Assembly: GCA_043228905.1 (NCBI GenBank)
Contig: JBHGNT010000012.1
Location: 8,494,001-8,558,000, forward strand
Source: Azolla caroliniana
Taxonomy: Eukaryota > Plantae > Polypodiophyta
Reading direction: 5' to 3'
DNA length: 64,000 nt
Shown here: piece by piece, positions 23,301 to 33,100 of the stretch
Layout of the letters: the number at the start of each line of letters is the position of its first letter
Position numbering within the stretch: the first letter of the stretch is position 1
Program-made: the position numbers and the translations under genes
Notes under the pieces: model-generated
What the model saw: only the letters and a program-made list of their open reading frames with translations
Told to the model about the DNA's origin: nothing
Database searches by the model: none

Positions 23301-25165
23301 TGCCGAAAGGAAAGCGGGCACTTCGAAACAAGTGGGTGTTCAAGCTGAAACCGGGAGATGCCGGAAACCCCCCGAGATACAAAGCCAGGATCGTGGTGAA
23401 GGGGTTCCAGCAGAAGAAGGGCGTCGACTTCGACGAGATATTTGCCCCGGTAGTGAAGATGACCTCCCTCCGGACGGTGCTGAGCATAGCGGCAAGCATG
23501 GACCTCGAGGTAGAACAGATGGACGTGAAGACGGCATTCCTTCACGGTGACCTCGAAGAAGAGATCTATATCCAGCAACCGGAAGGATTCGAGAAGAAAG
23601 GGAAGGAGCACCTGGTATGCCGGTTGAAGAAGAGCCTTTACGGACTGAAGCAGGCTCCCCGGCAATGGTACCGGAAGTTCGACTCCTTCATGACCGACGA
23701 AGGGTACCACAAAACGCAGTCTGATCACTGCGTGTTTGTGAAGAAGTTCGAAGGAGGAGACTCTCTAATACTCCTCCTGTACGTGGACGACATGTTGATC
23801 GTCGGACGGGACCAGGTCAAGATACGGGCGCTGAAGAAGGCGCTTCACCGAACCTTCTCAATGAAGGACCTGGGTCTGGCGAGGAAAATACTAGGGATGC
23901 ACATCATCCGGGACCGGAAGAAGAAGCAGTTGTGGCTGTCACAGGAGAAGTACGTGACAAAGGTGCTTCACCGGTTCAACATGTCGGAAGCAAGACCGGT
24001 CGGGTCAACCCTCCCGGCAAACTGCAAGTTGTCCAGCAAGCAAAGCCCCAAGACAAAGGCTGAGAAGGAGGACATGATGAAAGTACCATATGCCTCTGCC
24101 GTCGGAAGCTTGATGTACGCAATGGTGTGTACAAGACCGGACATAGGATATGCAGTTGGAGTGGTGAGCCGATACATGAGCAATCCCGGCAAAGAGCACT
24201 GGAACGCGGTCAAGTGGATACTCCGATACCTGAAAGGCACGACAAACGTGTGCCTCCGATTCGGCTCCGGTAAGCCCGAATTCGACGGCTTTACCGATTC
24301 GGATATGTCGGCTGATGCAGATACCAGCCGGTCCACATCAGGGTATGTGATGACGTATGCAGGTGGAGCTGTTTCGTGGCAGTCGAGGCTGCAGAAGACG
24401 GTTGCGCTGTCAACCACGGAAGCGGAGTACATGGCGGCTGTTGAAGCCGGCAAGGAAATAATATGGATGAAGGACTTCATTAGAGAGCTCGGTATCCGGC
24501 AGGAGGAGTACCGACTCTACTGCGACAGTCAGAGTGCCATCCACCTTGCGAAGAACGCGGCCTATCACTCCCGGACGAAGCACATCCAGCGAAGATATCA
24601 CTGGATCCGGGAAAGGATAGAAGACCAGGAGTTCGTGCTGACGAAGATCCACACGGACGAGAACGGCTCAGATATGCTGACCAAAGTGCTCACACCCGAC
24701 AAGCTGGAAGCATGCCGGAAGAGGATTGGATTGGAGAGACATCCCATGCCGAAGTGAAGGGGGAGTTTGTTGGGATTTCGGTCCCTCCGGATGGGATGTC
24801 CGGAGATGAATGACGGCAAGCCCGCTTGCGGTTACGGAACCGGATGAAGAGTACACGGTTACGGAGCCGGATGCTGAAGACCCCGGTTGCGGTTACGGAA
24901 CCGGATGATGAAGAGTACCCGGCATGAAGCCGGATGAAGAGTACACAGTTACGGAGCCGGATGCTGAAGACCCCGGTTACGGAGCCGGATGACGAATGTA
25001 CCCGGAGAGAGATCCGGATGCGGGGACATATCTGTGAATATGTTTGCCAAGGGCCCTTGAGGCTATATTTGTAAATAGCCCGAAAGTCATATGTGTATAA
25101 ATATGACTTAGGGCAAACAGTTTTGTCTGTGTTGTTGCTCAATTTTTATGCGAGGTGTGAGCAGC

Positions 25166-25201
<36 letters not shown>

Positions 25202-25466
25202 GAAGAGGTCGTTGCCTCTGTGTATTACCGCCGCCTGTGGCGAAGACAGTGAGCTCAAGGTTGTTGCCTTGTAGCTTCACCAGTGTACATCCCTGTTCAT
25301 AGTGATAGTTGGAGTTTGAGGACTCCCGTGGTTTTTTCCCATTTAGGGTTTTCCACGTAAAATATCCAGTGTACCTTTCTCTCTATTGTCCTCGTGCACT
25401 TTGTATTTCCCGTTTTCTGAGAGTTGATCCTACTCCTCGGTTGTGGCCGAGCACTGTTTTTCAACA
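19951..25466 (+). mobile_element. Copia element G (Tnt1/Tork-like), intact and very young
   Basis: LTRs 19951-20653 and 24768-25466 nearly identical, TSD ATAAT, PBS TGGTATCAGAGC (tRNA-iMet) 20656-20667, PPT GAAGGGGGAG 24756-24765. Confidence 0.97.
20684..24757 (+). CDS. Uninterrupted Copia Gag-Pol polyprotein (1357 aa from the first ATG)
   Basis: CFHCGKSGHFRKNC, WVVDSGAS, LWHKRLCH, VHTD/DNGGEY/AER integrase, YVDD, TDSD and AEY RNase H motifs in one frame. Confidence 0.97.
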   Translation: MEGGGSGPPGMMVLNSQNYADWKIKMEDLLIVRDLYEPIDNAEIPKGVIESEWKLLNRKAVATIRQYVDVSVLQHVANDTNAYEMWKKLSGLYERKNALNRTSLMRKIVNLKYWDGENMVEHVSTFMGFVNQLAAIKFPLEDAMQAIILMCTLPESWENLVVTLSTSCTEDNLSLQTVKTSILNEEARRRDKEPASDSKALLTESERGRYWNRSPQRREKSGTRSQSRGRPTCFHCGKSGHFRKNCRHYRKDNGADDTDSKKSPERNGAYRGATDRRGPDRRGQDRKGTTALAASEEEIMLITEERELNLAGEEMTWVVDSGASFHLTPEKKYFSSYTAGEHGCVRMGNEGTCRIAGIGDVWLMTSTGCKMLLKDVRHVPEVRLNLISAGRLDDEGYTGSIRNGVMKFSKGSLIVARARKVNTLYLMNSRLCPEELNVAADTAGELWHKRLCHMSEKGMKRLAEDNLIPVKHVHLEKCTDCLAGKQNRTSFHSRPPTRRSAPLELVHTDVCQVETKSHGGAQYFVTFIDDHSRKLWTAPLKTKDQVLCVFKELHARVERESGKKLKAIRADNGGEYRGQFQEYCRSKGIRLEFTVPKTPELNGLAERMNRTIMERVRSMLAHAKLPKGFWAEAMSTATYVINRSPSVPLDGDTPQRVWTGREVSYRHLKVFGCLAYVHVAKDRRGKLDPKTRPCIFLGYGDDEFGYRVWDPVDKKIFRSRDIIFMEDKTLADWESEKRMKSSKSTGEDQLYEEQSRPARDRLALEDPAEDGEETEPAEEDETDTGTGPDPEMDSDEEETEEPVTEAPERRYPLRERRAPRRFPEPEHVLLTDEGEPESFEEAKLDTHSRRWLSAMQEEMDSLHENHTYELVELPKGKRALRNKWVFKLKPGDAGNPPRYKARIVVKGFQQKKGVDFDEIFAPVVKMTSLRTVLSIAASMDLEVEQMDVKTAFLHGDLEEEIYIQQPEGFEKKGKEHLVCRLKKSLYGLKQAPRQWYRKFDSFMTDEGYHKTQSDHCVFVKKFEGGDSLILLLYVDDMLIVGRDQVKIRALKKALHRTFSMKDLGLARKILGMHIIRDRKKKQLWLSQEKYVTKVLHRFNMSEARPVGSTLPANCKLSSKQSPKTKAEKEDMMKVPYASAVGSLMYAMVCTRPDIGYAVGVVSRYMSNPGKEHWNAVKWILRYLKGTTNVCLRFGSGKPEFDGFTDSDMSADADTSRSTSGYVMTYAGGAVSWQSRLQKTVALSTTEAEYMAAVEAGKEIIWMKDFIRELGIRQEEYRLYCDSQSAIHLAKNAAYHSRTKHIQRRYHWIRERIEDQEFVLTKIHTDENGSDMLTKVLTPDKLEACRKRIGLERHPMPK

Positions 25467-27306
25467 ATAATCACTTCTGTCCCGATCAGATAGTCTTTAT
25501 CGGCCTTCACTGCCGAAACGATACCCCAGAGTTCGCGTTTAACCTGGGCGTATCCTCGCTGTCGCTCGCTGAGGACCTTCGCGCCGAACCGGATTGGGAA
25601 CCGAATGCCGTCCTCATCTTCTTGGTTGACGACCCATCCGATCCCGGTCGGACTCGTATCTACCGTCATGTAGATGGGAGTACCTTTCTCGTAGACAACC
25701 TTCCGGAGTGCCGAAGCTGCAGCAAGAGCCTCCTTCATCTTTCGAACCGACTCCGTATGCTCGTCCCGCCACTCGAATTTTCGCCCCTTTTTCAGCAACC
25801 CGTATAGTGGCTCGGCAACGTGGGCGTAATGTGGGATCCATATGTGGTAGAAAGCACATGCTCCCAAGAACCTCCGTACCTTCGTGACCGAGTTACAGTC
25901 GGGCTTCATTGCGGAGATGGCTTCTACCTTAGCCGGAGACGGTTTCCGGCCATACGGTCTGCATAGATGTTCGACGACCATGATCTCCGATTGCCCGAAG
26001 GCCGATTTCTCCCCGGAGAAGGTGAGCCTCGCATCCTCTAGCCTCTGCAGCACCCTCTCGCAGTTGTCAATGTGTGTCGCCACGAATTTCCGGCATCCGT
26101 TCGGTCCGATCGTTTCGTCCCCTTTCTCCACCGGACATCCCTTGATCGGGATGTCGTCCAAGAATGGCATGGTGATGTCCGGGATACAATCCCTCAGCAC
26201 CTTGTTCATCGCATTCACCATGTGGGCCACCGAGTTCGTCTCTCCTTGTGGCAGGGTACACATCCGTACTAGGCCGAGAGGAGTCCGCATCGTCGTAATG
26301 TCTCTACGGCTAGTTGGAACTGATCGTACCCCGAGTACAGATCACCGACCGAGTAGAAAGGCCTCCGCGAACTCGTCTATCGTTGGTCCGATTCCTGCGT
26401 TCCGAATGGTCACTCTGTTGACCGGTTGCAGGTCTTGAATGAAGCGCAACGTCCCGTTCTTCTTCGGCACGGTAAACCACCGGTTCGAGTACGGGGCACT
26501 CGACGGTTCGGGAATGCCCATATCGACTTTCTGTCTCAATAGCTCCATCAGCTCCGGGATGTGAGCTCTCGGTACCAGAATTGGTTTGAGATTCCACGGC
26601 ACATGCGGTACCGTGAATATCACCATCGGCTTCACGACTGTCGGGTCTACGCACCCGATCTCTTCCGGTGAGAATGCGAAGGCTTTCCCATGCCTTCCGA
26701 GCATTCTCCGAAACTGGTCTTCTTCCGCTGGCAGTAGGAAACCGCCCCCACCGATTTTGAGCTCCCGTAGCGTTCTGTCGGTGAAGGTGTGTCCTATGCA
26801 GGCCGGGTCTCGTAAACTAGGGTCCGACGCGACCCCCTTGATTCGCAACTCGCTGCCCTCCGGTAAGGGTGCCGCGACTGGCCTTACCTTCCGGTCCACA
26901 GTCTTGTACTTCGTGTTAACCAGGGCTGTCCGATCCGACTCGAGCCCCCGACTGAAGTCCGCGATGACTTCGTACATCTCTTCTGAACAAACCAGTATCG
27001 TTCGGTCCTCTTTAAGGCCTTCTCCAACCACCTCTCGCAGTATTCCCAAGGTATTGTCGAAGGAGACCGCCTCCATGGCTTCGTTGATTTCCTCGCTGGG
27101 CCCGAGAACTCCGCACGCCCGAAGTCGCTCTTCCGCCCTTGTCTTTTCTCGGCCAACGACGCCGACTATCGTACACCCTCCATTGTCGGAGAAACAAAAC
27201 TTCCTACTTATGGTACAAGGTTTCTTCGGTTTCGCCTCTATCGTACATTTGTGGGGTTTTCCTGGAGTGTCCGGACTGTCGCGGCCCCACGCCTTGACAA
27301 CCCTCT

Positions 27307-29409
27307 CTAAAAATCCTCTCGGTTCTCGCCACCGAGGGACTCGCGGTTTCGCTCGTGGTTCGGTCGCACCGTCAGGAACTGGACCGAATGACGCCCGTTC
27401 TGACTCTTGACCCTCACGTAAGCCGACCCGTTGTCCAACACCTTGGTCTCCATCCGCGCTGCCATAATGTACGGTTCTCCCAGTATGACCGGTTGCGAGG
27501 ACGTCTCCTGCACAAAGAAGTGCTGATCTATCTCGACGTCGCCGATCTTGACTCGCACGTTTGGGCAGGCCCCGTGTAGTTCCTCGGTGGCGCGCGTCGC
27601 CGCCCGTATCTTCCACCCGTGCTTGGTGTTGATCGGCCATTTCCCCTTCTTGTAGAAGTCCATGGACATCAGGTTTATTTCCGTACCGTAGTCCACCAGC
27701 GCCACCACCGGTTCTTGAACATCTCCGATCTTCACCGGGGTTTCCGTGGTCGCTTGGGCCCAGTGTGGCCTCGAGTAGTGGCTCTCCGCCCACTCTTCTT
27801 CCAGCGCCATGTCCTCCATGGGCATCGTCCGCACCTCCACCGGCCTTTCCGGTTCTGTCTCCGTCGACAGCCTCTTCCTCTTCACCAAGTCTACGATGGA
27901 GTCGTGGAACTCCTTCTTGGCGATTCCGAGCACCTCCCGCAACGACAGTTCCACCTTGCTATCGAGGATTCGTTCTTCCAGGACCTTTCGTAGGTCCGTG
28001 GTCCTTTTGATCTCTGTGCCCAACCGGTATCCGCCCTTCTTGTGGTTATCCCGGGCACTGGTCTCACAGGCCTCGTTCTGTTTCGGCCTGAATCGGGTTT
28101 CGTATCTCTGTGAGGGTCCGGCCCCTCCGGTTTTACCTACCCATTTGTCTTCAACCAGAGCCTCGTAGTTCTGGCAAGCTGCTCCGACGAAACCCGTCTT
28201 TTCTTCGACCGGGTCACTCCACCCGGTTACCTCCTGGACCCGCTTCTCTAGTCGGGCACCGGCGAGGCCTTCCAGCACCGTCGGCCAGAACCCGACTTTG
28301 CTCTCCTTCCGGGCCTCGCTGCCACCAACCCGAATACCGGCTGACGCTGAGTAGTGAACGGTCTCCGCGTGCCGGGACGCCACCTCTTCCATCAGTCTTT
28401 TCATTCCTCCTCGCCCGTCGTTTCGGTTCAGGGCCCTCCATGTATCGCTGGCGTGCACCCGAACTTCCCACAGGTACACTACTCGGCTTCTCAAAGCCTC
28501 CGCAAAGTCCCCGCAGTCTTTCCGGATGTGGCCGACCTCGTCGCACCACATGCACCTATTTCCTGCCGAAGGCCGTCGGTCACGAGCCTGTTCGCCACCT
28601 TCCCTCCGAGCCTGGGCGATCTGGAGATCCTTTACCGCCCGTGTCAACTCCTCCAAAGCTGTCCCCCCGGACAAGCCTCTGACCACGCCGGTCGAAGCCG
28701 AACCGGTTTCGAGCCACTCCTGGGTCTCTTCCCGTCGCGCCTGCGGTATCGGTTTGAGCTTCCTTGCTGCGACAGGACCTGCCCCGGTCGCCCCTGTATC
28801 AGCCCACTCCCACCATTTGTCAAAACGGCCGCAGACTCTTTTTACCGCGGCCCAGTCGGCCGTTAACCCGTCTTCGGTTTCTAGTAAGGAGCCCACTTGC
28901 TCCCGATCCCGTGCGTCAACCGATTTGACAAACAGTAGAACATGACTTGTGTCCAGAACGGTCCGATCGAGCGCCGAAAGGCGCGCAAAGCGATCCTCAA
29001 ACTCCCGGAGGAGTGCCGACGCATTTCTTCCTTTATCGGGGGACTCCACCCACTCCATGAAGCCCCGCTTCGAAAGTCGAAGCGCGTCATCTAGCCCGTA
29101 TTTCTCTAGGAGCCGTCCTTCGAACTCCTCCCAGGTCCGGCTCTCCGCCCGGACCTCGAGCACCTCCGCATGGATGCCTGGCATCGCCACTCGAGGGAAT
29201 CCGACAAGACGCCTCTCTTCCGGAATATCCCTCATCAACGCCTCCGCCGGGTAGGACGCCAAATAACTCGTGGCATCCTTTCCACTGAACCGGCCGATCA
29301 TACCGACGATCGCCTCAATAGCCCTGTCAAGGGCGCCGCTGCCCTCGCGCGCACTCACTATCCGGTCCACGGCCGAAGCCATGGCCTCTGCAAGATCCGA
29401 TCCCCTCAT
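27307..29409 (-). CDS. Gag-protease polyprotein of element B (open frame)
   Basis: CMWCDEVGHIRKDC knuckle and aspartic protease VALVDYGTEINL...VILGEP; ends EDF-stop. Confidence 0.88.
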   Translation of the reverse strand: MRGSDLAEAMASAVDRIVSAREGSGALDRAIEAIVGMIGRFSGKDATSYLASYPAEALMRDIPEERRLVGFPRVAMPGIHAEVLEVRAESRTWEEFEGRLLEKYGLDDALRLSKRGFMEWVESPDKGRNASALLREFEDRFARLSALDRTVLDTSHVLLFVKSVDARDREQVGSLLETEDGLTADWAAVKRVCGRFDKWWEWADTGATGAGPVAARKLKPIPQARREETQEWLETGSASTGVVRGLSGGTALEELTRAVKDLQIAQARREGGEQARDRRPSAGNRCMWCDEVGHIRKDCGDFAEALRSRVVYLWEVRVHASDTWRALNRNDGRGGMKRLMEEVASRHAETVHYSASAGIRVGGSEARKESKVGFWPTVLEGLAGARLEKRVQEVTGWSDPVEEKTGFVGAACQNYEALVEDKWVGKTGGAGPSQRYETRFRPKQNEACETSARDNHKKGGYRLGTEIKRTTDLRKVLEERILDSKVELSLREVLGIAKKEFHDSIVDLVKRKRLSTETEPERPVEVRTMPMEDMALEEEWAESHYSRPHWAQATTETPVKIGDVQEPVVALVDYGTEINLMSMDFYKKGKWPINTKHGWKIRAATRATEELHGACPNVRVKIGDVEIDQHFFVQETSSQPVILGEPYIMAARMETKVLDNGSAYVRVKSQNGRHSVQFLTVRPNHERNRESLGGENREDF

Positions 29410-30132
29410 CTTCTGCTCCTCTGCCGCCTTGTTCACGTCGGGTTCACCAAATATGTCACGTTACTACGTGCGTGCGTGGAGAAACGAGGCGAGACCACCG
29501 GGGTCTTGAACCGAAGAGCAGGTGATAGGAGGGGAAAGAGAAAGAGAGGGACGACCGGTTACGTATGAGCAAAGAAACACAGGGACACGGCCCGTCAACG
29601 CAGAAAACACGAATGGACACAGAGACAGAGAGACACGAATGTTCGTATATTAACAAATGACACAAAACAACAGAGCACGCGAGCGGTTACAACCGAACAG
29701 GCCGGCGAACAGATGCCGATGCCTGCTCGTCTGTGCACGAAAGGGGATAGGATGGAGGTGCTGCCGGAAGCACACGGGCGCTCCTCGAAGCAGCGCGAGC
29801 CTCCCAAAATCCGGCAGAGAAGAGCGATGGAGAATGAACAGAGGAGAAGCGTTCCGTTATGGTCCGACAACACTTCGTCCTCAATGCGCGATCCCTTCTC
29901 CCCGCGTCTCCCTCTCCTTTATAGCTTCAAGAAGGGAGCCGTTTCCCTCATTAACTTCCTACCTACCGAATCTAACTACCTAGGATATACCTTTGTACCT
30001 AATCCTCTATTATATACATTAGAGGGCGCGCACGCGTGAAGAGCCGGTTCGCGCGCGCTATGCACCGATTGCGCTAAGGGACGGTTTTCTTCACGACACT
30101 GTGTTAGCAGCTTGTCCAGCCCGGTGACAACA

Positions 30133-33100
30133 TTAACCACGTATGGGCCAAACCATCGTTTCACGAACTTTCGAGTAGTGCTATGCTGATTATCAAGGCT
30201 GTTATCATAGACAAGTACCCAATCTCCTTCTTCAATTTTTCTTAGACGAAGACGATCCTTTTTATCAAAATTCTCCTTGTTCCTCAATCGAGCCTTACGT
30301 AACCGTTCTATTGCTAACTCGACATCTTTGGGCCTCCGTTCTAATTGTTGAATCCTTGTAGCTAGCAAGTCTTCTCGACTCATCTCCTTTTGCCATGGCA
30401 ATGCCGTCCATGAGGTAACACTTTGCTCGATAGGCATTATTGGTTTTTTCCCTAATATGAGCTCGGACAACATATATCCAGTAGTCATGCTATGTGTAGT
30501 TCTATCGGCCAGTCCCCCATCTTCCCATCGCAAGCCTTTGCTAGAGCTTTTACAATCGGGCTATGTCCCCGCTCCACCTTTCCATTTGGCTCCGGGTTGT
30601 ATGCCATGGTAAGTGGTAATTTGACGCCTATCCTTGAGAAAAACTCTTTAGCTTCATTTGCATCTAATTCTCCTCTATCGGCTACTATTTTGCCAACACG
30701 TCCCTATCGACAAATAACATCTTCAAGGAGAAACTTGCAAACCACCAAAGTTGTTTTATTCCTTAGTGGCCGACCTTCTACTTGGTTGGTGAGATCCTCT
30801 CTTGCTAGCACGAGGTATCTCATTTGCCACAATCCCATTGGCATAACCACTATGTCTACCAACCACTCATAGTGCATTGATAATGGAAATGTCGTATGAA
30901 GTTCATCCCTATGTTGAACATTCGAGTATAATTGTCATTGCACACATGTTTCAACATAACTTGCTACATCTTTGTAAACACCCGGCCACCAATACTTCTC
31001 CTTGAGCTTTGCAAAAGTTGCCCCTATACCTCGATGACCTGCCCACACACTATCATGAAATTCAGCAATTAGTGTTTGTTGATCTTGTTTCTTGCACCCC
31101 CCTCGATGTGGAGTTCCATTCTTCCTCTTTGGAAACTTCCATAGATGTGATTCTTTGAGGAAGAACTTGATATAGGAAATCCATCGTAGCATAACAATAT
31201 CCGGTGTAGCACAACTAGATATCATCCCGAGAATAGGTAGACAATTGGTTTCGATTATGACTTCCATTCCGATAAGGTAGTCGCGATCGGTTTTAACCGC
31301 GGATACTATCCCCCATAGCTCTCTCTTTACTTGGGCGTACTTTCTTTGTCTTTCGGTCAACACCTTTGCACCGAATCGGATTGCATACCGATTTTTGTCT
31401 TTGTCTTCTTGGTTAATCACCCATCCAATTCCAGTTGGGCTCGTATCCACTGTCACATATATTAGGGTACCTTCGGTGTAATCGTCTTTGCGCAATGTTG
31501 GAGCTTCCAATAATAGTTTCTTCATCTTTTGGACTGCGTAGGTATGCTCGTCTTCCCATTCAAACTTCTTCCTTTTCTTTAGTAGTTCATACAATGGTTC
31601 AACGACATGGGCATGGTGTGGAATCCATATGTGGTAGAACGCACATGCTCCCAAGAATCTTCTCACCTTTGTTTGGGACTCACACTCCTCTTTCATCTCT
31701 TGGATAGCATTCACCTTGGATGGAGATGGCTTCCGGCCATAAGATCCACACAAGTGTCCTACTACCAATATTTCTGGTTGACCGAATGCGGACTTCTCTC
31801 CCGAAAACGTGAGATTTGCATCCTCAAGCTTTTGCAACACCTTCTCGCTATCCTTTATATGGTCGATGACGAATCTTTGGCAACCATCTTCATCTTTTGA
31901 TTCATCTTTTTCATCCACCAAGCATCCTTTGATCGGAATGCCATCTAAGAAGGGCATTGTGATATCTGGAATACAATCCTTCAACACTTTGTTCATGGCA
32001 TTCACCATGTGGGCTACGGAGTTTGTCGCACCTTGGGGTAAGGTGCACATCCTTACCAACCCGATCGGTGTCCTCATTGTTGTAATGTCTCTACTATCGA
32101 TTGACAATTGAAATTGATCATAGCCCGAGTGGAGATCACCAATGGAATAGATCGATCTTCCTACGAAGGCTTCGGCAAATTCATCCACACTTGGACCAAT
32201 TCCGGCATTTCGGATTGTGACCTTGTTTACAGGTTGGAGATCTTGAATAAAGCGCAAGGACACGTTCTTCTTTGGCACCGTAAACCATCTATTGGAGTAG
32301 GGAGCATTGGAAGGCTCAAGAATTCCCATCCTAACCTTTTCCTTTAGAAGCTCGATCAACTTCGGAATGTGAGCTCTTGGAACCGGTAGCAGCTTGAGGT
32401 TCCAAGGTACATGCGGCACCGTAAATATCACCATCGGTTCTACCATCTTCGGGTTGGCACATCCGATTTCTTCTGGAGAGAAGGCGAAGGCTTTCCCATG
32501 TCTCTCAAGCATCATCCGAAACCTTTCTTCTTCTTTAGGGAGAAGGAAGTTATTCTTCCCGAATTGGAGTTTCCCTCTTGATTCATCAGTGAAGGTATGG
32601 CCTATCCCTTTTGGGTCTCTGAGACTTGGATCCTTGGTAACTTCTTTCATTCTTTGACAACTATCCTCCGGTAATGGAATAGCTAGCGGCTTGACCTTCT
32701 TATCTACTTATTTATATTTTGTGTTTACTTTGACCAACTCCTCCATGACCCGTCGTCGGCATTCGTTGATGGCGGTATACATGTTGATGGAGTTGATATG
32801 AATAGTATGTTGCTCATGAGGGCTCAAGTCCACGATACTCTCTATTTCTCCGATTTTATCGTTAAATGAGGCTTCCTCCATGACCCATGATATGTTGTCT
32901 TCTTCTTCTAATATTCCTTGTTCTTTTAACCAATGTTCAAAGCTTTGAACTTTTGGCGATTCTCTCTCTCATTGAGTGTAGTCATCCCACACACGCCATT
33001 AGGTGCTAAATATAGGTTTCCTTCTTTCTTTCTTCTTCTTTTTGGGGACTTACTTTTTCTCGGACTATCTTAGCCCCATTCTTCAATAGTCCGTGCTAAA

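Larger units (their letters stand above)
18250..27320 (-). pseudogene. pol (RT-RH-INT) of element B in the -1 frame, interrupted by Copia G
   Basis: YKTVDRKVRPV, LRFIQDLQPVN, TLPQG, PFLDD, VDTSPTGIGW, H..PWAGH, DRGE and WFGPY motifs; frameshifts and stops present. Confidence 0.9.
16818..30098 (-). mobile_element. Gypsy element B (tRNA-Trp-primed lineage), full length
   Basis: LTRs 17588-18235 and 29454-30098, 4-bp TSD CTGT (16814-16817 and 30099-30102), PBS TGGTGAACCCGACGTGAA 29432-29449, PPT GGTGGGGGCAGA 18236-18247. Confidence 0.93.
1282..30132 (+). mobile_element. Gypsy element A (non-chromovirus, Phygy/OTA-like), full length, degenerate, with nested insertions
   Basis: Paired TG..CA LTRs, perfect TSD TTAAC (1277-1281 and 30133-30137), gag-PR-RT-RH-INT order on the plus strand. 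Confidence 0.9.

Noticed and set aside
20040-24947. Reciprocal A/G swap between repeat units of the two G LTRs (20040/20130 versus 24857/24947)
   Set aside because: Both sites are CpG, so two independent deaminations explain it without gene conversion.
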